A DNA stretch of 64,000 nucleotides from Felis catus (GCF_018350175.1 NC_058368.1:20462001-20526000); one strand, 5' to 3'. Shown: positions 1 through 13,003, counted from the stretch's first letter. A program made the numbers and translations. The notes: a model not told the origin generated them from the sequence alone.

Positions 1-415
1 GCCTCTATTTTCCTGTCTCTCTCTGAACATATCTTAATTTTTCTCCCCATTTTTTTATATGTCCTTTCAATTCAAGAGGTTACAATCATTTGATAGACTC
101 AGTTTCTCAGTGTCTCAATTCCAGACACTGTCGCTTTCACTTGAGACAGAGGATTTGACAGACTGACTTTGGTCAGGAGCCAATACCTGGTCCAATCAGG
201 TGGACTTCAGAGTGTAGGGTCCCTGAGAAGAGGTTCTGGATAGAGCCAGCATGAATGTCATATTTCTCCACTGTAGAAACAAGTGCAGAGGGAAGGGATG
301 GATTCCTGCATGATTTATGTACGCATGAATGGAAGAGGAATAAATGAATGGCAGATGGATGGATGCTTATCAAGCCCAAACTAATCAATTTAGGAGAGAT
401 GTGTTGTGGGTTCTT

Positions 416-2713
416 CTTTTAAGTTTAAATCCAAGTTAGTTAACATATAGTGTAATAATGATTTCAGGAAGTGAATTTAGTGATTCATCACTTACAAATA
501 ACACTCGGGGCTCATCCCAGCAAGTGTCCTCTTTGTTGCCCATTGCCCATTTAGCCCATCTTCCCACCCAACACCCTACCAGCAACCTTCAGTTTGTTCT
601 CTGTATGTAAGAGTCTCTTATTGTTTGTCTCCTTCTCTGTTTTTATATTATTTTTGCTTCTCTTCCCTTAATTCATCTTTCTTTTTTGTTTCTTAAATTT
701 CACATGAGTGAAGTCATATAATATTTGTCTTTCTCTAATTTTGCTTAGCATAATACACCCTAGTTCCATCCACGTAGTTGCAAATGGCCAGATATCATTC
801 TTTTGGATTGCCAAGTAATACTCCATTGTATATATACACTACATCTTCTTTACCCATTCATCCATCGATGGACATTTGGGCTCTTTCCATAGTTTGGCTA
901 TTGTTGATAGAGCTGCTATAAATATTGGGGTTCATGCATCCCTCCGAAACAGCACCCTGTATCCCTTAGACAGATACCTAGTAGTGCAAGTGCTGGGTCG
1001 TAGGGTAGTTCTATTTTTAATTTTTTGAGGAACCTCCATACTGTTTTCCAGAGTGGCTGCACCAGCTTGCATTGCCACCAGCAGTGCAAAAGACATCCTC
1101 TTCCTCCGCATCCTCGCCAACATCTGTTGTTGCCTGAGTTGTAACTGTTAGCCATTCTGACAGGTGGAAGGTGGTATCTCATGGTGGTTTTGATTTGTAT
1201 TTCCCTGATGATGAGTGATGTTGAGCATTTTTTCATGCGCCGGTTGGCCATCTGGATGTCTTCTTTGGAAAAGTGTCTATTCATGTCTTTTGTCCATTTC
1301 TTCACTGGATTATGTGTTTTTTGGGTGTTGAGTTTGTTAAGTTCTTTATAGATTTTGGATACTAGCCCTTCATCTGATATGTCGTTTGCAAGTATCTTCT
1401 CCCACTCCGTTGGCTGCCTTTTAGTTTTGCTGATTGTTTCCTTCGCTGTGCAGAAGTTTTTTATCTTGATGAGGTCCCAATAGTTCATTTTTGCTTTGAT
1501 TTCCCTTGCTTCCAGAGACACGCCGAGTAAGAAGTTGCTGAGGTCAAAGAGGTTTTTGCCCGTTTTCTCCTCCAGGATTTTGATGGCTTCCTGTCTTACG
1601 TTGAGGTCTTTCATCCATTTTGAGTTTATTTTTGTGTCTGGTGTAACAAAGTGGCCCAGGTTCATTCTTCTGCATGTCGCTGTCCAGTTTTCCCAACACG
1701 ACGTGCTGAAGAGACTGTCTTTATTCCATGGATATTCTTTCCTGCTTTGTCAAAGATTGGTTGGCCATACGTTTGTGGGTCCATTTCTGGGTTCTCTATT
1801 CTGTTCCGTTGATCTGAGTGTCTGTTTTTGTGCCAGTCCTGCACCTTCTTGATGCTTAAAACTTTGTAATACAGCTTGAAATCTGGAATTGTGATGCCTC
1901 CAGCTTTGGTTTTCTTTTTCAGGATTGCTTTGGCTATTTGGGGTCTTCCCTGGTTCCATACAAGTTTTAGAGTTGTTTGTTCTAGCTCTGTGAAGAATGC
2001 TGGTGTTATTTTGATACGGATTGCATTGAATATGTAGATTGCTTTGGGTAGTAGCTACATTTTAACAATATTTGTTCTTCCTATCCAGGAGCATGGAACG
2101 TTTTTCGATTTTTTTTGTGTGTCTTCAATTTATTTCATAAGCTTTCTATAGTTTTCAGTGCATAGGTTTTTCACCTCTTTAGTTAGGTTTATTCCTAGAT
2201 ATTTTATAGTTTTTAGTATAATAGTAAACGGGATCGATTCCTTGATTTCTCTTTCCACTGCTTCATTATTGGTGTATAGAAATGTAACTGATCTCTGTAC
2301 ATTGATTTTATATCCTGTGACCTTGCTGAATTCATGGATCAGTTCTAGCAGATTTTTTGTGAAGTCTTCTGGATTTTCCTCATAGATTATCATGTCATCT
2401 GTGAAGAGTGAAAATTTGACTTCCTCCTTGCCAATTTTGATGTCTTTTCTTTCTTTATGTTGTCTGATTGCTGAGGCTAAGACTTCCAACACTATGTTGA
2501 ATAACAGTGGTAAGAGTAGGCATACTTGTTGTGTTCCTGACCTTGGGGGAAAGCTCTCAGGTTTTCCCCATTGAGGATGATATTAACTGTGAGTCTTTTG
2601 TATATGACGTTTATGATCTTGAGCTATGATCCTTCTATCCTTACTTTCTTGAAGGCTTTTATCAAGAAAGGATGCTGTATTTTGTCAAATGACTTTTCTA
2701 CACCTATTGAGAG
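416..2713 (-). mobile_element. 5'-truncated carnivore LINE-1 (ORF2 C-terminal part plus 3' UTR), inactivated
   Basis: ORF2 fragments ([13 protein letters not shown]..., [13 protein letters not shown]...CWRGCG...[14 protein letters not shown]); 18-bp TSD gatgtgttgtg(g/a)gttctt at 398-415 and 2714-2731. Confidence 0.95.
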
Positions 2714-2970
2714 GATGTGTTGTGAGTTCTTAACTAGAGGCTCATGGATAGGCTTGAGAGGGTCTGAGAACATTTGAAATCATCTTTGAAAAAGTACACA
2801 TGTGTATACATGTATTTTCTGGGGAAAGGGTACATGGTATTCATCAGAACCCCTAAGTGCTCTGTGACCTAAAATGTTCAAGGACCCCTGCCTCTACATT
2901 TTTGGGATCTTGTTCTTACTAAATAAGAAAAGCACCTGACATTATAACATCTTAAAAAAACATCCTTTCA

Positions 2971-3166
2971 GGGGCGCCTGGGTGGCTCAGTTGGTTGAGT
3001 GTCTGACTGTTGATTTTGGATCAGGTCATGATGTCACAGTTCATGAGTTCGAGCCTCACATCGGGCTCTATGCTGACGGCATGGAGACTGCTTGGGATTC
3101 TCTCTCTCCCTCCCTAGGCCCCCTCCCCCTCTCTTAAAATAAACATTAAACAAACAAACAAACAAA
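2971..3166 (+). mobile_element. CAN-SINE (older, diverged)
   Basis: ggggcgcctgggtggctcag head, gagttcgagc B box, CT tract, A-rich (AAAC)n tail. Confidence 0.9.
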
Positions 3167-3604
3167 TGCTTTCGAATGCATGGAAAAACTATTTGAGCCA
3201 GAAACAATCAGGAGGGCTGCTATTCATCCCCCTTCCGCTAAACCACCTCCATCCTATGAACTCACTAAGCCTCACTCACTCTGTCCATGTTCTCTGCTTT
3301 TCCCATAAATAAGGTCTGGTTAAAAAGTAGGTAAAAGCAGACAGTTTCTATGTTTTGACTTAAATCGAGGAATGTTGGCTCTATCCCACTCTCACTCCAT
3401 TCCTGGCCATGAGTGTGTTTCCTGGTTTATCTGGCTGCCTAAAATCATGTCATCAGAACCACAAGGGCCTTGAGAAATCAATTTGGTTAGTATGTCTCAG
3501 TGGGTGGACTCACTCCCCAAAAGATATCAGAATATTCAAGTGCTTAGAACATTTAAAAATATTTAATATCATCATATTATTACATATATAAAAAAGAAAT
3601 TTTC

Positions 3605-3830
3605 TTTTTTTTTAATTTTTTTTTCAACGTTTATTTTTTATTTTTGGGACAGAGAGAGACAGAGCATGAACGGGGGAGGGGCAGAGAGAGAGGCAGACAC
3701 AGAATCGGAAACAGGCTCCAGGCTCTGAGCCATCAGCCCAGAGCCTGACGCGGGGCTCGAACTCACGGACCGCGAGATCGTGACCTGGCTGAAGTCGGAC
3801 GCTTAACCGACTGCGCCACCCAGGCGCCCC
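3605..3830 (-). mobile_element. CAN-SINE, SINEC_Fc-like, young
   Basis: CpG-rich, near-consensus reverse complement ending caggcgcccc; poly-T at left. Confidence 0.93.
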
Positions 3831-4018
3831 AAGAAATTAATTTTCTAATAAAGGCCATCAAAAGTAAAGCTTGAAAATATTTTTGTTTAGTGGGAATATA
3901 TGGAAGATAAATTTAGCAGGGGTAGAAACAGATATTATAAGGCCTGAAGTTTATGTAATTTGGAGATCCTCCTTTAAAAAAGAATATAAAATAAAAAGAA
4001 TATAAAATTACAAATAAA

Positions 4019-5815
4019 GCAATCCCTATCAAAATAACACCAGCATTCTTCACAGAGCTAGAACAAACAACTCTAAAACTTGTATGGAACCAGGGAAGAC
4101 CCCAAATAGCCAAAGCAATCCTGAAAAAGAAAACCAAAGCTGGAGGCATCACAATTCCAGATTTCAAGCTGTATTACAAAGTTTTAAGCACCAAGAAGGT
4201 GCAGGACTGGCACAAAAACAGACACTCAGATCAACGGAACAGAATAGAGAACCCAGAAATGGACCCACAAACGTATGGCCAACCAATCTTTGACAAAGCA
4301 GGAAAGAATATCCATGGAATAAAGACAGTCTCTTCAGCACGTCGTGTTGGGAAAACTGGACAGCGACATGCAGAAGAATGAACCTGGGCCACTTTGTTAC
4401 ACCAGACACAAAAATAAACTCAAAATGGATGAAAGACCTCAACGTAAGACAGGAAGCCATCAAAATCCTGGAGGAGAAAACGGGCAAAAACCTCTTTGAC
4501 CTCAGCAACTTCTTACTCGGCGTGTCTCTGGAAGCAAGGGAAATCAAAGCAAAAATGAACTATTGGGACCTCATCAAGATAAAAAACTTCTGCACAGCGA
4601 AGGAAACAATCAGCAAAACTAAAAGGCAGCCAACGGAGTGGGAGAAGATACTTGCAAACGACATATCAGATGAAGGGCTAGTATCCAAAATCTATAAAGA
4701 ACTTAACAAACTCAACACCCAAAAAACACATAATCCAGTGAAGAAATGGACAAAAGACATGAATAGACACTTTTCCAAAGAAGACATCCAGATGGCCAAC
4801 CGGCGCGTGAAAAAATGCTCAACATCACTCATCATCAGGGAAATACAAATCAAAACCACCATGAGATACCACCTTCCACCTGTCAGAATGGCTAACAGTT
4901 ACAACTCAGGCAACAATAGATGTTGGCGAGGATGCGGAGGAAGAGGATGTCTTTTGCACTGCTGGTGGCAATGCAAGCTGGTGCAGCCACTCTGGAAAAC
5001 AGTATGGAGGTTCCTCAAAAAATTAAAAATAGAACTACCCTATGACCCAGCACTTGCACTACTAGGTATCTATCTAAGGGATACAGGGTGCTGTTTCGGA
5101 GGGATGCATGAACCCCAATATTTATAGCAGCTCTATCAACAATAGCCAAACTATGGAAAGAGCCCAAATGTCCATTGACTGATGAATGGATAAGAAGATG
5201 TGGTGTATGTGTCTGTGTATATATATATATATACATATATACATATATATATACATATATACATACATATATACATATATACATATATACATATGTATAC
5301 ATATGTATACATATACATATGTATATGTATACATATATACATATATACATATATATATACATATATACATACATATATACATATATATATATACATATAT
5401 ATATATATGTATATATATATACACAGACACATACATACACACACAATGGAGTATTACTTGGCAATCCAAAAGAATGATATCTGGCCATTTGCAACTACGT
5501 GGATGGAACTAGAGGGTATTACGCTAAGAGAAATTAGTCAGAGAAAGACAAATATCATATGACTTCACTCATATGAGGAATTTACAATACAAAGCAGATG
5601 AACATAAGGGAAGGGAAGCAAAAAGAATATAAAAACAGGGAGGGGGACAAAACATAAGAGACTCTTAAATATAGAGAACAAATATAGAGGGTTGCTGGAG
5701 GGGTTGTGGGAAATGGATGGGCTAAACGGGCATGGGGCATTAAGGAATCTACTCCTGAAATCATTGTTGCAATATATGTTAACTAACTTGGATGTAAATT
5801 AAAAAAAAAATTTTA
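4019..5815 (+). mobile_element. 5'-truncated carnivore/felid LINE-1 (ORF2 C-terminus, 3' UTR, poly-A), inactivated
   Basis: ORF2 fragments 4084-5127; A tail at ~5801-5810; perfect 15-bp TSD aaaattacaaataaa at 4004-4018 and 5816-5830. Confidence 0.95.
5205..5444. repeat. Compound (TA)n/(TATACA)n/(CA)n microsatellite inside the L1
   Basis: Directly visible alternating purine-pyrimidine array. Confidence 0.95.
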
Positions 5816-6572
5816 AAAATTACAAATAAAAATTTGGCCTCAAAAGTGAGTATTTATTTAGAAGGAGAATAAAAATTTTAAAGTTGACAGATAACATTAA
5901 TATCAATGGTCCAAAAGGTAACACATATTTATTAACACCTGACCCACCTTTCTATTTTTCCCCGCATCTTTGGCTGCTTTTGGCTTACCTGTTCATATGA
6001 CAATGATTTAATGAGATCATTTTCCATCAAGAGAACAGAATGAATGTACCCCTAACACGGTTGGCTGAAAATTGTTTTTATTGTGTTTTATTTTTATTGA
6101 TAGCTTAGACAAATTCCTTTCTGTCCATCTGTAACTTTCTAGGCAGTTGCTTACCACGTGTGCTTCTTTCCCGATGGCAAGTTCTAGAAGAATGCCAGCC
6201 CTTTGTCTACTTCTACGTGTCTCACCTCTCTTTCCCCACCTTCCCACTGTTGTTTTAGGGCAGCTCCCCTATGTAGCAGGTGGTCTCCAATCAGGGAGCT
6301 GAAGCCTCTCTTTCAGATGCCTATTTTAGGGGTCACATTAAGGTCTGGATGCTTTTGAGTCCATCAGGAGGAGCTGGCTCTGGGGGCTGGCTGGTCCGCA
6401 GTCCCTTCCAGAAGGGCCTAGAACCATCATCAGGGCATACGGGGTGGTCCTTCCACCACCCTCCCAGGCTGGGGTGGTTCCAAACAAGGGAGGCTGGGCA
6501 GGGCTGTTTCTTCCCCAGAAGCCTCAGCTTCCTCTGCTTCCAAAGCAAACCTGATTCACTCTGGGTTTAAAT

Positions 6573-8143
6573 TGGAAGTTCTCAAACAATTTGGCCTTAG
6601 GAAGACTTTTTAACCTTAAAAATTATTGAAGACGCTAAGAACATTTATCTATTGGCCTTTACTATATTGGGAATTAAACCTGAGAAGTTTTAATAAGTGG
6701 TTATTTATTGATTTATTTAAAAATAGCAATAATAAACCTATTACATGTGAGCATAAATATTTTTATGAAAAATAACTATGAGCCAAATAAAATAATTAGA
6801 AGGGAGACATTGCTTTACATTGTTTGCAAATGTCTTCAATGTTTGCCTTCCTAGCTGGATTCTATTTTCTCCGCTTTATCTGTTGCGATCTGTGTTTTCG
6901 GTGAAATGTATGAAGAAAATATAGGAGGAGGAAGTACTTTAATGCTCTTTTCAGATACCGGTGGATGTTCTTTTAAACTTCACAAAAGCTCTGCCAGGGG
7001 TAGTTTCTCAAGGATGAGTTACAATGTTGAGTGCGACTCCTTTGGCCTGTGGTGTACATTGAAACGTCTTTTACCATCATTTTGTCCTATCATCATTAGT
7101 CATTTGGAAAATATGAGCTGACAGAGTTATGCAGATCTTGTGACTATTGCCCTAATGCATTATACAATGTCAAAATCACACTTGTTAATATCACCACACT
7201 CTCATCATGGGAAGCTAATGAGCTCACGGTAGCAGACGCAAGTTTCCCCAAATTCCAATTCTCACTTGAGAGCTTGAGTTTTATCACTGGCAACACATTC
7301 TGTCAGTTATTTTTCTTGAAGTGACAAGTTAACTTTGTTCTGTTTTTTAAGAAAATGTCTGCCAAGTATCCAATTCTGAGTAACCGTGGTCCGTCTGTCG
7401 GGGGTTCTTCTCAGTAGAAATGATGTTCCATGAAAACGGTAGCTACTTCGGCTCACAAAGACCATCATAAAAGTGTTTTTCCTCGAGCTGACCATCCTCT
7501 TTCCATACACAGGAGAGGTGCTTTCTGTTGATGTGCACTTCCCACTTTGTCATGCAGAATGTTCAAAAGATGTGTACTCAGGGCCAAGATTTAAGAAAAT
7601 TGACCATTTTGTTGCATCTTTTAAAAGAAAAGTTATTTTTGAGACAGAGAGAGAGAGCGAGCGAGCACAAGCGGGGGAGGGACAGAGAGAGAGGGAGACA
7701 GAATCCGAAGCAGGGTCCAGGCTCTGAGCTGTCAGCACAGAGCCCCACACCGGGCTCAAACCCACGGACCGTGAGATCATGACCTGAACCAAAGTTGGAT
7801 GTATAATCAAATGAGCCACCCAGGCGCCTAGTTTTATTGCATCTTTAAGGACAGTTTGAAGTGGAACCCGCTTTGTTTTTCTTTACCACGAGTGTGTGGC
7901 AGTGAAGAATATGATAACTACTCAGTGCAGCTTAGAGCCACTGCCTTGATTCACGCTATGTAGGGCACTAACAGATCTACCTACCAATGCTTTGGAATGG
8001 GTAGATCACATTTTAGCCAGCCAAAAGGGCAAACAGTGTCTTAATTTTATTATGAAAATCGTTCTGACCTCATGGACCCTGAGAAGCTTCTTAGGCACCC
8101 CCCCCCCCCCAGGCTTCCATGGAACACACTTTGAGAACTGCTG
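6573..8143 (-). mobile_element. hAT-Charlie1-family DNA transposon remnant (interrupted by a SINE)
   Basis: Termini gttctcaaa...tttgagaactgctg; minus-strand transposase remnant (LGYLADIF-like near 7350-7380). Confidence 0.7.
7633..7828 (-). mobile_element. CAN-SINE nested in Charlie1
   Basis: Reverse-complement SINE; flanking ttgcatcttt repeats. Confidence 0.9.
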
Positions 8144-9471
8144 GTTTAGGTGCCAGAGTCATTCTCAGTGAATCACATTGTATGGTAGCTGGGGAGATGG
8201 GAGGGCAGGGCAGAGGAGAGTTGTACATCAAATTCTCCTTGGAAATGTTGACCTGACCCAATACTCTCAGGGTAAACATGGAGAAATGGAGGCACAGGGA
8301 GATTTGTTTCAAGTCACCCAGCTCGACTGTGGTAGGGCCAGGATTCATTTCCAGGTCTCCCGACTCACACAGTGGATACCTAAGCCTCTAACAAGTTAGG
8401 TCTCTCACACACACTTTGTACACCTCTTATGACGACCTATCAGGCTCTTATTGTGTGCCAGGTATATTAAAGATAGGAGATCAAATGCCGTTTTCCTGCT
8501 CTTTGGAGCCTGTAGTCTAGGAAGCCCGTGGACAGGTAAATCAAAGGTTACGGTGCAGCCAGTGTTAAGATAGGTAAGTGGGGGAGACTCAGGAGCTCAG
8601 AGGAGAGGTGCTAGAATCTGACTTCAGCTCCTACTGACCAGAGCTGGTGATTCTGAGGCTGAGTTGGGAAGGAGGAACAAAAGTTGGCCAGATAAGAGAG
8701 AGTGAGGCTGTTCCAGTCGGGGGAGAGTCCACGGGAAGGATCTGGCACGGCGAGTCCCAGGAACTTCAAGCATCCTGAGGAATGAGTACGGGAGGTGGCT
8801 GGAGGTAAGGGATGGGGTGCAGGGTCTAGGTTCTGGAGAACTATGTGTGTCAACCCAACAGGTCTGGACTTCGGTCACGAAAGCTTTTGTGACTTTCCAG
8901 CTTGGCTAGAATGACAAGCTGGGGCTTCTTCTAAATACCAGGTGGTCATGACACTAGGACAGGCCGTGCAACTCTCAGGGCCTCTTCTTCCCCAACTACA
9001 CCTTGAGTCACATGCTTACACAAGTTTGTTACATGGATTCTCTACCTACCAGAAAGGAGCTCTTGAGGGAGTGATTTCCCATGGCTTAGAATTGATCCCT
9101 TTTTCTTGGCCTGAAACTTGCTACAACGTGCTATTTATTTTTCCTGTGGGCTTTATGGCTCACTCTGGACTCTTAGAAACCATTACATCAGTTGTATAAT
9201 GCTGAACAATGTAAGATCTATAATTTGTAATATGTGGCCTTGCCAGATTGAATCCTAGAAAGTGTTTCTGAGCAGTGGTTTCCAAGCCTTGGAGAGATAT
9301 CTGAGATGAGTGGTTAAATAAATATGGATTTCCAGGCACCACCTCTAGGGCCCAGGAATCTGTATGTTTATTTAGATCCCCAAGTTATTCTGGAGTAGAC
9401 AGCCTGGCCCTGGTTTCCTGCCCAGTTACTCTGGGTATCACTAGTTAAAACTAACTAAAGAGGGATGTACA

Positions 9472-9695
9472 TTTATTTATTTTTCACATTTATTTTTGAG
9501 AGGCAGAGAGATAGAGACAGAGACAGAGCATGGGAGGGGGAGGGGCAGAAAGAGAGGGAGACACAGAACTGGAAACAGGCTCCAGTCTCCGAGCTATCAG
9601 CACAGAGCCCAACACAGGGCTCAAACTCACGGACCATGAGATCATGACCCGAGCGAAGTTGGAACGCTTAACCGACTGAGCCAGCCGGGCGCCCC
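9472..9695 (-). mobile_element. CAN-SINE
   Basis: Reverse-complement SINE; degenerate TSD agagg..gtacattta. Confidence 0.9.
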
Positions 9696-10752
9696 CAGAG
9701 GCACGTACATTTAATGGCCAACTACTCCAGTTAAAGACTGATTCGCCAGATCTCCTGAATATGTGTATGTGTGGCCACCTCTGTGGTTGGCATTTTTCAC
9801 GTTACGTGAAACGTGCTCCTCTTTGTGTGAGTTTGAAACGTCAACTTACTTCATTTCCCACACTGCTTTTCCAGCCCCCAGTCTTTTAAAAATGTCTTCT
9901 GAGGGCCATTGCTCTCTCCTTCCCTTCTTAGCGGAGGTGTTGCCACCTCGTGGGAAGGTTACCAATTGGTTTATTTATTTGCTTTTATTCTTTGCGAACG
10001 TACTGCTTCACTATAGCAGTTTGAATGACTATATATGCGAGCAGACACTGACCCTGTGGGAGGTGGCATATACAAGATTATGGAGCTCAATAAGCAAGGC
10101 TGGCAATTCCTGTGTAATCATAACAGTCTGGGCATGTCTGGCATCCCAGAGACGGGCAACATATATACAGACCAAATCAATATTTGACACTAAAGCATTA
10201 CAAGTTCAGCCTATAGGAAAGGAGAGGCTGCCAGATCCAGACAGGGATGGGTGGGTGGTCCCACCAGAAGCCTGGGAGGTGCGGCGGAGTCTGTTACATT
10301 TCCAAGGGTCTTGGAGATGACATAATCCCTTTGGGGGCCTTCTGAATAAATGATGATAACACATCAGGTTTAAATTTGGACGTCGCTCATGGTGTTTCTA
10401 TGAAACAGGCATAGAAGCAGGGTCCAAGGTTTCACAAAGGCCCGCAGGCCCTGGGCAAGTAGATGGAGGGTGATGACAACACGGCAGAGAGCCCCCCGCT
10501 GAAGAGAGTAGCGGTGGTTAAGGGCATCCTTTGTCTGCCCTGGGGATCACATTCAGCTTTTCTGAACAGCTGCCTTTGATGATGCTTAGAAGGCACTGTA
10601 CAGACATGGACCAGAATAGGAATCTTACAAGTGGAGAGAAACCCAGAGAGCTTCTAGTTCATGATGGTCAAGTGCCCCTACAGGGCTGTTTGAGAAGCTC
10701 TAGCAAGTGTGTGGGGGGTGAGGAGGGGAACATGGACTGAAACAAAAGGTTT

Positions 10753-10961
10753 GGGGCGCCTGGGTGGCTCAGTCGGTTAAGCATCCACCTTCCGCTCAGG
10801 TCGTGATCTCACAGTTCGTGAGTTCGAGTCCCGCATCGGGGCTCTCTGCTGTCAGCACAGAGACCACTTCGTATCTTCTATCTCCCTCTTTCTCTGCCTC
10901 TCCCCCACTCTCTTTCTCTCTCTCTCAAAATAAATAAACATTAAAAAATCTTAAAAAAAAA
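10753..10961 (+). mobile_element. CAN-SINE
   Basis: tRNA-derived head, CT tract, aataaataaa and poly-A. Confidence 0.9.
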
Positions 10962-12587
10962 TTTTTTTTTTAAATGTTAAGGAACGCTGATCTTACCAAC
11001 CACCTCCTTTACTTTACCAGTAAGGATATCGAGGTGCCAAGAGAGAAAGTCATTTTCCCTCAGAGCTTGTTTGTATCGGGGATAGATTTGGAACCAGGGT
11101 TTCCCGACTCCTGGCTGGCTCACCCCTGACACAGCATGCCGTCTCTGTGCCCTTGTTTTATTACCACAACTCCTCCTTGCATCCGTGTGGTACTTATTCT
11201 CTCCTTTCACTCCGGCTACCCTCTTTTATCCTCATCAATACTCCTGCCAGAAATGTGGGACAGGTATTATTCTCCCATTTAATAGTGAGAAAGATGAAGT
11301 CCAGGAAGATCAAGGAGTGTCTAGCCCGGGGTGGGGGGCGGGGAAAGCTTTAGGAATGAATAAAGATCTTCAAGTATTAGAGGGCTGGTATCTGGAGGTG
11401 GGACCAACACCATCTGCGTGTCCCCAGGGTGCAGATCCAAGACCGGTGAGTGGAACTGCGATGGCGAGGTGCCAGGACTGTGTGGGCTTCAGAGCTCAGA
11501 ACCCAGGTCGCTCACACGTCAGCTGGGGGATGCTGGGAAGACAACCTTTCTGAGCTCCCATCTCCTCAACAGTAAGGGGGATGATCAGAAATAATCTGTC
11601 AGCTCCATGGCCGAAAGCAGATGCCCATTACCAAGGTCTAGAAGTAGGTTTTGGTTCAACGTAAGAAAAGACTTTCTGTCCAAGAGAGCAGTCTGTAAAT
11701 CTAAGGTGCTGCCTTGCAGAAGAGTGAGATTCTTGGCACTGAAAGCCGTTAAGAAGAAACTAGAAGGCTAGCAGTCAGAGGTAATATAGAATGGGAGAAT
11801 TGGACTACTAGGAAATTTCACGCTTCTTCCAAGATTCTGTGACGTGTTCTGGGATAAACTCAAATGTTTTGTATTCTTCTTGGTTCTTCATTCTCTCTGC
11901 TGCCTTGGAGCCTATTCACTCTGTCCAGAATGCTGGTCTCAGTAAATCTCCCTTTCTCAGGGAAGCATTCCCAAGCCCAGCCTCTTGAATTGACTGAATT
12001 GCTACCTGCAGTTTAATGGTTCACACAAGAAGCAAGCCAAGAGCCTAACTCCCAGGTTAAGCCCCCCCCTTTTTTTTTTTTACCAGGTTTGGCTAACTGT
12101 TTTAAGACTAAAGTCCATCGCCAGCTCCTAAAACAAAGCTACCATGTTGCAAAGCAGTGAGATTCTCAAGCAGCTGTCTTACTTGCTTTAGAGAATGAGG
12201 CTCTGCGACCACAGAGTTCCATGTTCACTAACACGTATTAGGTTCTTGACTTGTGCCAACCACTGTACCTCTTGCTGGGGGTTCAAAGATAAAAATAAGT
12301 CATAATACCCATGCTCAAGGGGCACAGTCTAGAGGGGAAGACTAATAATTTTGATATAAATTAGGGAAACACCTAGCCTACCGTAGATACTTGAGAAGGG
12401 AGCTCTTGCCCGAAGCTGGTGTCCGGAGAAGATATCTTAGAGGAGAGGACCCCTAAATACTCCACTGCCTCCTGTTCCTCATGATCGAGAGTGTTCTTGC
12501 TATATTATATCTCGCGAGTTACTGAGTATATCCTTGAGGCAAAGCTCCAGTTGCTGGGTTTTCATTGCTTCATGGTTTATCTTTCAG

Positions 12588-12682
12588 AACTTCCGCAGAA
12601 GTGCAAGATGCCTTCATGACCTACACGGTGTATGATGACATCATCACCATTAAGCTCATCCAAGAGGCCTGCAAGGTTCTCG
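12588..12682 (+). CDS. GUCY1B2: GUCY1B2 coding exon (exon 3 by homology), H-NOX
   Basis: ctttcag|A ACT TCC GCA GAA...GTT CTC G|gtaagt; [31 protein letters not shown]; phase 2 to 1. Confidence 0.93.
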
Positions 12683-13003
12683 GTAAGTCTGAAGAGGGCT
12701 TTGTTTTGGTATCTTAGGGCTGCTGTAACAAAGTACAATCGATTCTCATCAGCCACAGTGGTTCTGGTCTGCCAAGTCCCTGCGAACACTGAATTAGCAA
12801 TACTGAGCCATTGTTCCGAGAAGAAACACAGGTTAGATTCCTGAAAGCCTTTGGCCACAATATTTTCATCAACCAATAAGTCAATAACCTTGTTTTATGC
12901 ATTTCTGTTTAAAGATCTTAATATATTTATATATATTATATATAATATGTATATTGTTGTTAATATATTATATATAATATAATGCTTATATACAGTTATA
13001 TAT

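Noticed and set aside
916..5127. Duplicate 249-aa ORFs as a novel gene pair or active L1
   Set aside because: Frameshifted C-terminal fragments of L1 ORF2 in 5'-truncated copies; cannot encode a functional RT/EN.
5015..5562. Overlapping Y/I/H/M-rich ORFs on both strands
   Set aside because: Translations of the TA/CA microsatellite.
416..5815. Twin-priming inversion or segmental duplication as the cause of the inverted L1s
   Set aside because: Each copy has its own TSD and 3' tail, the copies overlap in L1 coordinates, and their flanks are not duplicated.
9763..10320. 185-aa ORF (likewise the 175-aa ORF at 23728-24255)
   Set aside because: Non-ATG starts, no recognisable domain or splice context; consistent with chance intronic ORFs.
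1..12587. GUCY1B2 exons 1-2 (MYGFINTCL-like) and promoter
   Set aside because: No matching sequence or CpG island found by eye; presumed upstream of the window.
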